A stretch of DNA of 63,549 nucleotides, the filler included, from Babesia bigemina (lineage: Eukaryota): the NCBI RefSeq assembly GCF_000981445.1. It is 6 parts of 6 records of this genome, joined end to end, with 100 filler letters (N's around TTAATTAATTAA, not from the genome) between each part and the next. Parts side by side here need not be neighbours in the genome. Positions count along the whole stretch, not along the records: positions 8,053 to 22,180 come from NW_012237320.1; positions 22,281 to 48,714 come from NW_012237321.1; 4 more parts are not named here. One strand, given 5' to 3'. A program made the translations under genes and the position numbers. The notes beneath the pieces were generated by a model that did not search any database, was not told the DNA's origin, and saw nothing but the letters and a program-made list of their open reading frames with translations. Of the stretch, positions 12,901 to 23,490 are shown piece after piece (the first letter of the stretch is position 1; the number at the start of each line of letters is the position of its first letter).

Positions 12901-15445
12901 TTTGATCTTTTTCTGCGTCAGCGTAGGATTCGATGAAATAGTCGGCCAATGCAATGGGACCGCTCTCCAGGTTGTTCTTAAGAGTGGTGAAATTTCCTAT
13001 TATTTTCTCGAGGCCTTTGACGGAGGAGTGGGCAGTCATTCCATCAGCCGAAACCTTGACAGGATCACTTTCCTTAAGCATCTTCTCCAAATCCAACAGG
13101 TAGGCATTCACTGTAGTATTGACGCTGTCCTTTTTAACAAGCTTTTCAACGGCTTCGGTGAATTTGTCCAGGCTGGAGTCGACGGCGGTGCGCAGAGTGG
13201 AGAAGGTTTTGTTGTGGATTTGTGTATCACCTCCGTTCTTTTCTTCTACGACATCTTTCAACGTCTCAGCAACCACCTGATCGTTAATCCCTTTGATGGC
13301 GTGTGGGAGTTTGTTTGCGTCAAGAATGGCATTAAGGTTAGTGGTCTGAAGAGCAGTCAGTTTACTCTGATCAACGTGCTTTGTGTAACGCGTAAAACTA
13401 GATGTGGCCTGACTTAAGTCAACCGATGAAACACTATTACCCGGCAACTGCTGCCTAGCCACAGCGTTGACATTATTTATAGATTTATCGACGTCGACGG
13501 CAACTGTATTATTACCGGAGCCAATGCCAAGAGCTTTTTTTACGTTGTCTTCCAGCGTCTCGGCTGCACTTGTAGCTATACTCAACTGAGCAATCTTGGA
13601 GTCTATTATGAATTGATCGAATTCATTCTCCGCACCCTTAACCGCTTTCTGTAGCGCGGTAAGAATGGTTTTGACGACCCTACTAATAAAATAGTCGCCT
13701 GTAATCTCCGGTCTATTTTGGCTGTGTTCAAACTGTTTGGCGTAGGATTGTAAAAATGCGTTCGCTCTTTGTAAATGCTCATCAATCTGCTTGCCGTAAT
13801 TGCATAAATATTCTTTAATATCAGACAAATTTGCTTCAACATTTGGTTTCGTTCCCAGGTTTGATGAAGAAGCATTAATGGCTTCGATTGGACTTATAAT
13901 CCGCTGCTGGATTATGCGTTTCACTTCTTCATCAACTCTTATCATGTTACCTCTGCCAAGTTTTGCTTTAACTGATTTTATGAGTCTCTCCTGTATACCC
14001 TCACATTCCACCAACTGTTGAACCATGCTCTGAATGGATGCTTTAAATCTATTCTGAAACGTTTTTGCATATTCTCTTACTTGGAAGATAATTCCCATGA
14101 GACCTGTTTTAGGGTTCTCTCTTCCACCCACACTTCCCGTAATTTCTTTAAGTTTTGTTCTGAAATATTCGACTATGTTTTTAATTTCTTGATTTTCATT
14201 TCCTTCTCCTGATTCTCCAGTCGTAATACCTGCATACAGCTTCCCAATTGCTTGCTTAACTTTATCAACCTCACCGGTAATCGCCTCCCTCACCTTCGAC
14301 AAATCCTGCTTCAGGTCATCATTCATTTGGTGCACAGCTTTCAAGGCTTCTTGTACTTTCTGCTCAACCTGCTGCTTAGCATCGTACGCTTTGGTCCTAA
14401 GCTCTTCCGCCTTCTCTTGCAATGCTTTTGCCGCTTTTTTCACCGCTCCTTTATCCCCGGAATTTTGTTGATAATCCCTCCCGTTCAACTTCGAAACAAT
14501 CTCATCACACTGCGACTTCGCCTTCGTAACGGCTGTGTCGCCTGCTGACTTCCACGCAGTCAAATGTCCGATGTATTCCCCGAGATTGTCTCTAATTGGT
14601 TCAAGGTTATTTTTCATTTCCGTAACCTTCTCTTTCAATTTCTTAACTAGTTCATCTACCTGGTATTTTACCTCACCGTTAACTGATAATTTCAGACTCT
14701 CCATCGTTGCTCTCACCGTTCTCTTCATGTATTTATAGTCATCCCACTCCTTCTGCGCCAACTGCTCAAGTCGCTGTGTTTCATGTTTGACTGCCTTCGT
14801 GGCTACAAGTACATCATTACGTAACTTAGAGTTAAGATCATTAACAGCAGTTTGCATGTCTAATCTTTGTTCTAGGTCGAATGCTTCGTTGAATCTATCG
14901 GCATTATATTGACAGTCACGAAGATACTGCCTAATATTTATCACAGCGTATTCCACGTGCTCCTCACTGTACGTCACAGCCTGCACGGATTTCTTGGTTG
15001 TACCTGAAACAGCATCATTTTCTAAAACTTTACTTACCTTATCATTCATGGTATTTAACTGCATCTCTAAATTGTTTATCTTGGCTGTGATATCATCATT
15101 CTGTTTTTTCACGTCCCTGTTATACTTCTCGATTTCCTTGGGCAACTTTTCGAAAAGCCTTTTAAAGCCCTCGTGCCCTGAGCAAAGATGATTGTTAATT
15201 TCATTACTTACCAAGTTTTGTAATGTATTTTTACCGACATTGTATGTCTGAGTGTTTTTCACCGCCTCAAGCACACCACTCAAAAATCCCATCACCCCGT
15301 CACACAGCCTGTCCAGGTCCGAGTACACAATCCCCTGGCCAGTGTAGCCTTTGGAAGATGGATTGAAGCCGAGGAAGGTTTCGAGGCCGTCACAAAGGTT
15401 ATTAAGGATGATAGTAGGGTTGTTATTTGAGGTATTTTTAAGGTT
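9965..15445 (-). CDS. ves1: ves A: variant erythrocyte surface antigen 1 (VESA1a-like), 5'-degenerate; first in-frame ATG at 15292
   Basis: Conserved FLGF..KGY.G.GIVYSDLDRLCDGVM block, long helical variable region, Cys-rich domain (SPLMSYLNDCLPGHLPH), C-terminal TM and RLDLLHIKSH...YLQP tail. In-frame TAA at 15446-15448 upstream. Confidence 0.85.
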   Translation of the reverse strand, partial: NLKNTSNNNPTIILNNLCDGLETFLGFNPSSKGYTGQGIVYSDLDRLCDGVMGFLSGVLEAVKNTQTYNVGKNTLQNLVSNEINNHLCSGHEGFKRLFEKLPKEIEKYNRDVKKQNDDITAKINNLEMQLNTMNDKVSKVLENDAVSGTTKKSVQAVTYSEEHVEYAVINIRQYLRDCQYNADRFNEAFDLEQRLDMQTAVNDLNSKLRNDVLVATKAVKHETQRLEQLAQKEWDDYKYMKRTVRATMESLKLSVNGEVKYQVDELVKKLKEKVTEMKNNLEPIRDNLGEYIGHLTAWKSAGDTAVTKAKSQCDEIVSKLNGRDYQQNSGDKGAVKKAAKALQEKAEELRTKAYDAKQQVEQKVQEALKAVHQMNDDLKQDLSKVREAITGEVDKVKQAIGKLYAGITTGESGEGNENQEIKNIVEYFRTKLKEITGSVGGRENPKTGLMGIIFQVREYAKTFQNRFKASIQSMVQQLVECEGIQERLIKSVKAKLGRGNMIRVDEEVKRIIQQRIISPIEAINASSSNLGTKPNVEANLSDIKEYLCNYGKQIDEHLQRANAFLQSYAKQFEHSQNRPEITGDYFISRVVKTILTALQKAVKGAENEFDQFIIDSKIAQLSIATSAAETLEDNVKKALGIGSGNNTVAVDVDKSINNVNAVARQQLPGNSVSSVDLSQATSSFTRYTKHVDQSKLTALQTTNLNAILDANKLPHAIKGINDQVVAETLKDVVEEKNGGDTQIHNKTFSTLRTAVDSSLDKFTEAVEKLVKKDSVNTTVNAYLLDLEKMLKESDPVKVSADGMTAHSSVKGLEKIIGNFTTLKNNLESGPIALADYFIESYADAEKDQTIRNLIDYVYSQVNIAKDLLTTAARRNYVTSVKQLLTAFADKVSQELAPLPAEIERDLRIGFKGLMKTLEDGSTDKNVNGKANMNLLKDVLPSPPQSAETPEQKKQAFENLSKKFKEFAEPLFMYLTKEAQRVHSENNAKKNPRGTDLQHYSQAITKIHDAFNSLLDDLHKKHRYDHKVHNLLDNLSDAVGVLVPKGFAMPNSPVIDGLTSGVNRFVSELEKVYISAYDGQKCELIRNFKTVVEYNNVYNTYDVTDEGRYCAKVCLSIIPMVSVSLNDLKEQLENENGAKKACKMYKSKGSHHSLRKLFFVDNGYDVVLPVDAEHGELNHREECDGERILGHLTGGEHKLLYISDESRKASQLMNDDSDDMVIQVVEEKCVLFDLSAYLTRYIEICHFTLIDKPRTPCNVYEMLVWLTGLPHNRIYDKLEDAIKTYCIKPSNKKEKDYSEINPEDLQLETTSPITAKNLFDIVMQVCEYSHDLLTTIVGFGDKYTTYGCDLANNFLRFSYPSTGDDCLHTVLDILRRVLPTLQFLRYQCKLKAEHHGWYDCKYGKDVRTSKWPCNEHSSSKATFQPNGQAKCEPNCQPTSPLMSYLNDCLPGHLPHELESLGCKSVCKTCPKSTPGMPCLTPLGFKAFSCNTRRGKDICRMINKFLTIDNLSTVFCLAPKPPSSLPEHFGFALSLVNEWHKSRRTGVRNALQDAIENEIITTSIGLCTEPSSYTTALSNAYGSRESTHTRAIHPIWTKADLLSLSKKESCMYASSDNIHCAPYLSTLCHDLYYYLAARHANVYLSWALYLPWKLQVYLKNLLVAFENISCQDWGCRRCANSKTCGKGKHGPDHSCQCKSLIECRGVGSTLYSFGFMFGNPEKLSAKDSKRYCHNFYKQLLNVVSSTYFTELFNECDNFLYCIRAPFIWLNVALWLLSLLYLLHIMVIRLDLLHIKSHLHSPSSHRIAAQSLLAAARVSKLNRVFYLQP

Positions 15446-15597
15446 TTAAATTTTGTCAAATTTCTTGTCAAGCTCACTAGGCGGCACATGGTCAGGGCAG
15501 TGGCAAGAGGTGGAAGAGGGGAAGGGAAGGGTGACAAGGCACAAGTTATTATTGTGGTCTAAAGAGGTCACAGCGGTATTATGGCGAGGTAATTAAA

Positions 15598-16756
15598 GGG
15601 ATGTAGAGTGGGTTAGGGAGCGATGTGGAGTGGTTTAAGGGGCGATGTAGAGTGGATAAAAGAGCGATGTAGAGTGGGTTAGGGAGCGATGTAGAGTGGG
15701 TTAGGGAGCGATGTAGAGTGGATAAAGGAGCGATGTGGAGTGGATTAAGGAGCGATGTAGAGTGGGTTAAGGGGCGATGTAGAGTGGACAAAGGGGCGAT
15801 GTAGAGTGGGTTAAGGGGCGATGTAGAGTGGATTAGGGAGCGATGTAGAGTGAATGAAGGAGCGATGTAGAGTGGGTTAAGGGGCGATGTAGAGTGGATA
15901 AAGGAGCGATGTGGAGTGGATTAAGGAGCGATGTAGAGTGGGTTAAGGGGCGATGTAGAGTGGACAAAGGGGCGATGTAGAGTGGATAAAGGGGCGATGT
16001 AGAGTGGGTTAGGGAGCGATGTAGAGTGGATAAGGGAGCGATGTAGAGTGGATAAAGGAGCGATGTGGAGTGGATAAAGGGGTGATGTAGAGTGGATTAG
16101 GGAGCGATGTAGAGTGGGTAAAGGGGTGATGTAGAGTGGATAAAGGAGCGATGTAAGGTGGCTTAAGGAGCGATGTAGAGTGGATAAAGGAGCGATGTAA
16201 GGTGGCTTAAGGGGCGATGTAGGGTGGGTTAAGGGGCGATGAAGAGTGGGTTAGGGAGCGATGTAGAGTGGATAAAGGAGGGATGTAGAGTGAGTAAAGG
16301 GGCGATGTAGAGTGGGTTAGGGAGCGATGTAGAGTGGGTAAAGGGGCGATGTAGAGTGGGTAGAAAGGCGATGTAGAGTGGGTAAAGGGGCGATGTGGAG
16401 TGGGTAAAGGGGCGATGTAGAGTGGATAAAGGGGCGATGTGGAGTGGGTTAGGGAGCGATGTAGAGTGGGTAAAGGGGCGATGTAGAGTGGGTTAGGGAG
16501 CGATGTAGAGTGGATTAAGGGGCGATGTAGAGTGGATAAGGAGAGATGTGGAGTGGGTTAGGGAGCGATGTAGAGTGGATAAAGGGGCGATGTAGAGTGG
16601 GTAAGGAGAGATGTGGAGTGGGTTAGGGAGCGATGTGGAGTGGGTAAAGGGGCGATGTGGAGTGGGTTAAGGGGCGATGTAGAGTGGGTAGAGGAGCGAT
16701 GTGGAGTGGGTTAAGGGGCGATGTAGAGTGGGTAGAGGAGCGATGAAGAGTGGATA
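15598..16756 (+). repeat. 22-bp satellite, G-rich on + strand, ~52 units
   Basis: Same unit as 8053-9140; directly upstream of ves A. Confidence 0.95.
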
Positions 16757-16769
16757 ATAATCACCACTC

Positions 16770-16985
16770 TGGTCACCACTGTCATCGCTGCCGTGACCAC
16801 TAACTTGGTCAACACGTTGGTCACCACGTTGGTCATGGCATTGGTCAGCACATTGGTCATCACTTTGGTCACCACTTTGGTCATGGCATTGGTCACCACT
16901 CTGGTCATGGCATTGGTCAGCACATTGGTCACCACGTTGGTCATGGCATTGGTAAGGTGCTAGGTGAGGTGGTTGATCACCACTT
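16770..16985 (+). repeat. Single 21-bp unit plus 12-bp tandem repeat
   Basis: GTCATCGCTGCCGTGACC at ~16781, followed by TTGGTCA-containing 12-mers. Confidence 0.85.
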
Positions 16986-17108
16986 TAGTTAACAATTACA
17001 CAATCACACACAACGATTAATTAGTAATTCAAAACATTAGACAACAATTAGTTGTATAGGTGAGTAGGTGATGCTAGGTGAGTGAAGATAGTAAACACGT
17101 GAGTACGA

Positions 17109-20100
17109 TTATGGTTGCAGATAAAACACTCTGTTAAGCTTGTTAACACGTGCAGCAGCAAGTAGTGATTGCGCGGCGATACGATGTGATGAGGGACTAT
17201 GTAGATGCGATTTGATGTGGAGCAGGTCGAGGCGGATGACCATGATGTGGATGAGGTAGAGGAAAGAGAGGAGCCAGAGGGAAAGGACAAGGTAGGAGAA
17301 TGGTTCACGGATTCTCCAGAGGAAGTTGTCGCACTCCTCAAACAATTTCTTGAAGTACTGCGAATTGAGAACATTCTTCAATTGACTACAGAAATCGGAG
17401 CACTTCTTCGGCGATGCCTTGTCATTCAACGTCGACGCCTCACCAAAGACGAAACCATACTGGTAGAGCGTTGGTGCGACACCTTTGCAGTCAACGATGG
17501 AAGGGCATGGACAAGTAGGATTTGGTTTCTTTTCATCTTCGATAACACCATGCTCCCCCTTCTTACACTTATCGTCACGTAGACATCCACGGCATCCCCA
17601 GTCTTGGCAGTTGATGGAGCAGAAGGAGTTGTAGAGGTTGTTGAGTAGGTCCCAGAATGTCCACGGGAGGTAGATGGCCCATGACAGGTAAAGCCCAGAA
17701 TGTTTCTTCGCGAGGTGGTAGTACAAATCACAGCTGAGGGAAAAAAGATATGGAGCGCACTTGACATCGGCAGCTGTGCATACTGTCGGTATAGCCAGGC
17801 TTGACAAATCAGCGTATGCAGGCAGATGATTTTTATCCATCGTATTGGTATGTCTACTACTATATGCGTTACAAATTGTTTTGCTGAAGTTGTCAGGATT
17901 TAGGTATAATTGCATGGACACGCTGCTGATGGAGGACTCGACGTCATTTTTCAGAGTATTCGTTTTATACTTGGAAGGATTGTTCCATCCGTTCACCAAC
18001 GATAATGCAAAGCCGAAATGTTCCGGCAAGGTTGCCGGTGGTTTCGGAAGCAGACACATTAGGCGTGACAACTCGACATCACCTAAAAATGTGACAAGTA
18101 TCTCATATAGCTTTTTGCCGGTACGGGTGCTACAGGAGAAACCACGGAAGCCAAGAGGCGTTAAGCATGGTTGCCCGGGCTTGTTCCTTGGACAATTGCT
18201 GCATACGGATTTGCAGCCTATTGAAGTAACATGGTGGGGGAGATGACCCGGAAGGCAATCATTCAAATAGCTCATTAGTGGAGAGGTTGGTTGGCAATTT
18301 ACTTTGGTGTTTGCCTGGCACGTTGGTTGGCACGTTGCTTTGCTCGTTACTTTATCGCTTGGTTGCTCGTTGCAATGCGATTTGCTCGTCGGCACAAGCT
18401 TGCCGTACTCACAGTTGCGCCAACCGTTATGCTCGGTCTTAGTGCTACATTTAGTCAACAAGAATCTGAGCTGCGGTAACATTCGACGAAGAATGTCAAT
18501 CAACGTTTCAAAGCACTGTGCTGGATCGGCTGGGTAGGATAACGCCAGGTAGTTATTGGAGTAGTCACAGGCGTAGACTGTCTCTGCGTCACCTGTGCCT
18601 ACGATGGTTGTCAAAATGTCATGGCACTTGGACGTGATATGTGCGACGGCATGAGATACGCTGTTGAACGTTATGTCACTTGGGTAGGCATCCAAACCTA
18701 GCGCGGTAGAGTCTTCAACAGTTGGACCTTCCTCCTCTTCATCTTCATGCTTATTGGTAATTGTCCCCTTGCTCTTAGGCTTGTCCAAAAAGCTGGTGAA
18801 TCCGTTAAGCTGTAATCCATGGTACACTGGATTATACGTTAGACCGGAGCACCACGCAAGCATTTCGTACACAGTACACGGCTGCTTCCTCGAGAATGTT
18901 GTAGCGTAGTGACAGACTTCATTATATTCATCAACGTGGTGTAGCAGGCATTTGAGTAGTTCAAAGATAGTAAAGTCGTTAGTTTTTATCTTTTCGCTCC
19001 TTTCATTCACGTTTGAATCACAGTGTAGAAGGTGTTGAAAGATGCTGTTACCGCTGACGAATTTAAGCTCATTCAACTTCTGATAAATATGACCACCCAT
19101 GTAATTCCTATAGGGAAAGTTCAACTCACCATCCTTCGAGTGCTCATCCTTGGCGACTGCGTAACCACACCGCTTGAGGTAGCACCCAAGTGCGTTTTCT
19201 TTGTTATCATGCTTTTCACTAATTGTTTTATGCTTCCACGAATATTTTGAGTTCTCCTTACACTTGTTTTCCAGGTACGGCAAATCTTCGCATAGGGTGT
19301 TGAGCAGCGTCAAAAACACCTTAGCGCCATTTTTTCCTTCAGGCGTCAAAACATCTTTTTCACCGTCTCTTTTAACCCACTCTTTAATACTTTCACCTCC
19401 ATCATACCTACTCACATACCCCTTCTCCAACTCTCCCACGAATCCCAGCATCCCATCCTTCAGCGCCCTGAGCACGGGCCGTCCTGCGTCCGGCAGCGCT
19501 TGGGGGTCGAGGGCGGAGGAAAGAGAGGCGAGGGTGGAGAGGCGGAGGGAGACGGGGTGGCTGAAGTGGGCGTGTTCAATTAAATCATATGTAAATAGTT
19601 CGATGGATTTACCGAATTTACTAAGTTGAGTGAATTTGGGATCAACTTTCCTTAAATCACTTTCCACGTAGGTTACCAGTTTGGTCAGCAGCGTACATGC
19701 CTTGGTGGCCAGCGCGGTGATACCGTGTTTGCTTTGAAGTGTAGTAACGTTTTTACCATCATCTTTTAGCATGGATTTGAAGAGGCCTTTTAAACCGGTC
19801 TGTAAATCCTTTTCAATAATCATTCTAATGGTTTTCAACTGCCGTCCCACTAAAGTTCTAAGCGCCTTTAGGTCTGATTTGTGTTCCTCCGCAAACAGCT
19901 GTCGCACCTGCATAGTAACATTGGCAAATGCGGTTTGGACGTCGGATATTAGCTGGGATTGGAGGTGGGAGACTGCAATTTTGCAGTTATCAGACGCGTA
20001 ATTTACGGTTTTGCGAACTGCTCGAATGGCGTGCTCCAATTCGCCATCTGCCGTATTGACGGCTTCACGAATGTCGTATATATGTATTCGAATCTTTCCT

Positions 20101-22148
20101 TTCAATTCCTGCGCCTTTATTGTTGCCGCATCTCTTATTTTATTGATCTCACCATCGTTGTCTAGGTCTATATCAGTTTGTTCTTGCTTAAGCTTATAAA
20201 TCTTACTGAGATCTTCGTCAATTTCATTGATAATACCTTTAATTGAACCAATTGTGCCACGTTTGTCTAACACCTCATCAAGCTCTTTAATACTAGGCTT
20301 CACCTTTTGCAACGCCATATCTATCATTGTGCCATAACTATCTGCTAATCCATCTGGTTTAAAGTGGTTGGCTATAACTTTAACTTCGGCGATGGCCTTC
20401 TGTAGGTTTGGGTGAATCTTGGACGTCTGGACAAATCTCCCGATCTCTTTGGCCATCTGCTTGAACTTGTTTGCTATTGATTTGTATATAGCTCTAACCG
20501 CGGATTTCAGATTTTTATCGTCGGATAGGGGCGCTAGGACATTACTGGGTGTCATACCCAAATGTCCTCCAATCTTGCCCACTGCCACGCCAATTGACGG
20601 ATTACCATCGTTGCTGATCTCTTGTAGAATCTTTTCAGCAAGCTGGTTGAACTTCGCATGTATAGTACTTACATCAGCACTTTGTAAACTTTGTTGTACA
20701 GCGTTTTCAATATCGATCTTAATGAAGTGTGGAAGTTGTGCAATAATGGCATCCTTAACTGCCTGCTCTTGACGATCCCAACCTGCTATGGTGCTCAGCG
20801 TACCACTGCTTCTGTTACGGCTGACATACGTGCTGACGTTACTGCTCACAACATTTTCATCCGTCTGCACAATCTCTTTAACCCACTCCTGCACCGTCGT
20901 TTCAAGCGTACCAGTTCCGAATCCCCGAGCGTACGCTTTAACACCGTCCACAATTGCTTGAAGTGAAGCGTCATCCGATTTTTTCTCTTCTGCAGTCAAC
21001 TTGTTGACAAAACTCGTTATCGCTTCTTTGAGCTGCTCAAAGAAATGTTCAACGCTTCCATTACTGCCTCCAGAGACTACTTTAACAGAATGCTTTCTGA
21101 GCTCTTCGAATTTTGTTCTTGCATATTTCACCATATGTTCAAGCTCCCCTTTCTTTTTCTTTAACGTGTCGTAGATGTTGCCGACCTCCCATTTTATGTC
21201 CGTGAATTTACCCAAAATTTTAGTCATATATTCACTGTCAAACTGTTCATCCATGAACTTGGAAACCTCTAACAAATGCCTATGAGCACGTTCAAAATGT
21301 TCTCTCTTTTTCTCATTCAAAGACGTCACCACATCACGGATTTTTCTGAATTCATCCATTAAGGTTTCTTGCACCCTTTTACTCTCCTTTGTAATTTGAT
21401 TGTCTAATTTGTTTTTCTCCGTTTCTAGGGTCTCATCCACCTGTTTGGCCTGCCCTTTCAAGAAACTGTTCGCCGCCGATTCCCCTAACATATGAACGGA
21501 CGCTTTCGCAACGGTAAGTTCATGCATTATATCACGTTTCAATGTATTATCTAATTCATTAACATGATTCGTTTCAATTTGTTTTAGTTCCTCGGTAACA
21601 TGTCCGACCACCCTGGTCCACTCCGCCAGCTGCTTCTTGAGGTCGTCACCTGATCGGCTTGCAACTTCCTTGTAGTATTCACCTGCACCAGATTTAAACT
21701 TATCAATTAACTCACCTAATTTTGTGATGACAGCGCCAGTCTTGCTACCTACAGCAAGCTCATACCTCTGAAGCCATTTGCTTACCTCACCGATCTGGGC
21801 AGACAGTGCAGCGGAGCCTTTACCAATGGAATTTTTTAAATTGCGTATAATTATGTTTGTTTCATCTGCATTTATGTACGTTTTAACTGCTTCATCACCT
21901 TTCACCGCACCAAGCACACCACTCAAAAATCCCATCACTGCGTCACACAGCCTATCCAGGTCAGAGTACACAATGCCATGGCCGTCGTAGCCTTTGGAGG
22001 CAGAGTTGAAGCCGAGGAAAGTCTCGAGGCCAGTGCAAAGGTTATTAAGAATATTTTCATTACCATTTTTACCAAGTGACTCAGTAAATATGCTAAGCTT
22101 ATTTTTAAGTTCATTAAGTTGATTCTCACGCTCTAAAATGCCATGCCA
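17109..22148 (-). CDS. ves1: ves B: VESA1a-like antigen; first in-frame ATG at 21935; 5' end next to gap
   Basis: Same conserved N-terminal block, Cys-rich domain, TM and ...VNKLNRVFYLQP tail. Frame open to a TGA at 22149-22151. Confidence 0.85.
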   Translation of the reverse strand, partial: WHGILERENQLNELKNKLSIFTESLGKNGNENILNNLCTGLETFLGFNSASKGYDGHGIVYSDLDRLCDAVMGFLSGVLGAVKGDEAVKTYINADETNIIIRNLKNSIGKGSAALSAQIGEVSKWLQRYELAVGSKTGAVITKLGELIDKFKSGAGEYYKEVASRSGDDLKKQLAEWTRVVGHVTEELKQIETNHVNELDNTLKRDIMHELTVAKASVHMLGESAANSFLKGQAKQVDETLETEKNKLDNQITKESKRVQETLMDEFRKIRDVVTSLNEKKREHFERAHRHLLEVSKFMDEQFDSEYMTKILGKFTDIKWEVGNIYDTLKKKKGELEHMVKYARTKFEELRKHSVKVVSGGSNGSVEHFFEQLKEAITSFVNKLTAEEKKSDDASLQAIVDGVKAYARGFGTGTLETTVQEWVKEIVQTDENVVSSNVSTYVSRNRSSGTLSTIAGWDRQEQAVKDAIIAQLPHFIKIDIENAVQQSLQSADVSTIHAKFNQLAEKILQEISNDGNPSIGVAVGKIGGHLGMTPSNVLAPLSDDKNLKSAVRAIYKSIANKFKQMAKEIGRFVQTSKIHPNLQKAIAEVKVIANHFKPDGLADSYGTMIDMALQKVKPSIKELDEVLDKRGTIGSIKGIINEIDEDLSKIYKLKQEQTDIDLDNDGEINKIRDAATIKAQELKGKIRIHIYDIREAVNTADGELEHAIRAVRKTVNYASDNCKIAVSHLQSQLISDVQTAFANVTMQVRQLFAEEHKSDLKALRTLVGRQLKTIRMIIEKDLQTGLKGLFKSMLKDDGKNVTTLQSKHGITALATKACTLLTKLVTYVESDLRKVDPKFTQLSKFGKSIELFTYDLIEHAHFSHPVSLRLSTLASLSSALDPQALPDAGRPVLRALKDGMLGFVGELEKGYVSRYDGGESIKEWVKRDGEKDVLTPEGKNGAKVFLTLLNTLCEDLPYLENKCKENSKYSWKHKTISEKHDNKENALGCYLKRCGYAVAKDEHSKDGELNFPYRNYMGGHIYQKLNELKFVSGNSIFQHLLHCDSNVNERSEKIKTNDFTIFELLKCLLHHVDEYNEVCHYATTFSRKQPCTVYEMLAWCSGLTYNPVYHGLQLNGFTSFLDKPKSKGTITNKHEDEEEEGPTVEDSTALGLDAYPSDITFNSVSHAVAHITSKCHDILTTIVGTGDAETVYACDYSNNYLALSYPADPAQCFETLIDILRRMLPQLRFLLTKCSTKTEHNGWRNCEYGKLVPTSKSHCNEQPSDKVTSKATCQPTCQANTKVNCQPTSPLMSYLNDCLPGHLPHHVTSIGCKSVCSNCPRNKPGQPCLTPLGFRGFSCSTRTGKKLYEILVTFLGDVELSRLMCLLPKPPATLPEHFGFALSLVNGWNNPSKYKTNTLKNDVESSISSVSMQLYLNPDNFSKTICNAYSSRHTNTMDKNHLPAYADLSSLAIPTVCTAADVKCAPYLFSLSCDLYYHLAKKHSGLYLSWAIYLPWTFWDLLNNLYNSFCSINCQDWGCRGCLRDDKCKKGEHGVIEDEKKPNPTCPCPSIVDCKGVAPTLYQYGFVFGEASTLNDKASPKKCSDFCSQLKNVLNSQYFKKLFEECDNFLWRIREPFSYLVLSLWLLSFLYLIHIMVIRLDLLHIKSHLHSPSSHRIAAQSLLAAARVNKLNRVFYLQP

Positions 22149-22180
22149 TCACAGCCAAATAGAAGTGCGTACCATACTAC

Positions 22181-22280
22181 NNNNNNNNNNNNNNNNNNNN
22201 NNNNNNNNNNNNNNNNNNNNNNNNTTAATTAATTAANNNNNNNNNNNNNNNNNNNNNNNNNNNNNNNNNNNNNNNNNNNN
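22181..22280. other. Scaffold gap with artificial linker
   Basis: N44-TTAATTAATTAA-N44. Confidence 0.97.
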
Positions 22281-23488
22281 CCCCTTAACCCACTCCACAT
22301 CGCTCCCTAACCCACTCTACATCGCTCCTTAACCCACTCTACATCGCCCCTTTACCCACTCTACATCGCTCCTCTACCCACTCTACATCGCCCCTTTATC
22401 CACTCTACATCGCCCCTTTACCCACTCTACATCGCTCCCTTACCCACTCTACATCGCTCCTTAACCCACTCTACATCGCCCCTTAACCCACTCTACATCG
22501 CTCCCTAACCCACTCTACATCGCCCCTTTACCCACTCCACATCGCCCCTTAACCCACTCCACATCGCTCCCTAACCCACTCTACATCGCTCCTTAACCCA
22601 CTCTACATCGCCCCTTTACCCACTCTACATCGCTCCTCTACCCACTCTACATCGCCCGTTACCCACTCTACATCGCCCGTTACCCACTCTACATCGCCCC
22701 TTTATCCACTCTACATCGCCCCTTTACCCACTCTACATCGCTCCCTAACCCATTCTACATCGCCCCTTTAACCACTCTACATCGCTCCCTTATCCACTCT
22801 ACATCGCTCCCTAACCCACTCTACATCGCCCCTTAACCCACTCTACATCGCTCCTCTATCCACTCTACATCGCCCCTTTGTCCACTCTACATCGCCCCTT
22901 AACCCACTCTACATCGCTCCTTAATCCACTCTACATCGCCCCTTTATCCACTCCACATCGCTCCTCTATCCACCCTTCATCGCTCCTTTATCCACTCCAC
23001 ATCGCTCCCTAACCTACTCTACATCGCCCCTTTACCCACTCTACATCGCTCCTTTATCCACTCTACATCGCCCCTTAACCCACTCCACATCGCCTCTTAA
23101 CCCACTCTACATCGCCCCTTTATCCACTCTACATCGCCCCTTTATCCACTCTACATCGCCCCTTTATCCACTCTACATCGCCCCTTTACCCACTCTACAT
23201 CGCCCCTTTACCCACTCTACATCGCCCCTTTACCCACTCTACATCGCCCCTTTACCCACTCTACATCGCTCCCTTACCCACTCTACATCGCTCCTTAACC
23301 CACTCCACATCGCCCCTTTAACCACTCTACATCGCTCCCTAACCCACTCTACATCGCCCCTTAACCTCCTCTAATCGCCCCTTAACCCACTCCACATCGC
23401 CCCTTTAACCACTCTACATCGCTCCCTAACCCACTCTACATCGCCCCTTAACCCACTCTACATCGCCCCTTTACCCACTCTACATCGC
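22281..23488 (+). repeat. 22-bp satellite, C-rich on + strand, ~55 units
   Basis: CCACTCTACATCGC-containing units running directly into ves C coding sequence. Confidence 0.95.
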
Positions 23489-23490
23489 CA

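Noticed and set aside
22133..22172. Possible 40-nt GT..AG intron on the minus strand at the 5' end of ves B with an adjacent ATG
   Set aside because: Splicing from that ATG is out of frame with ves B, and only 8 nt of upstream sequence precede the gap; cannot be resolved.
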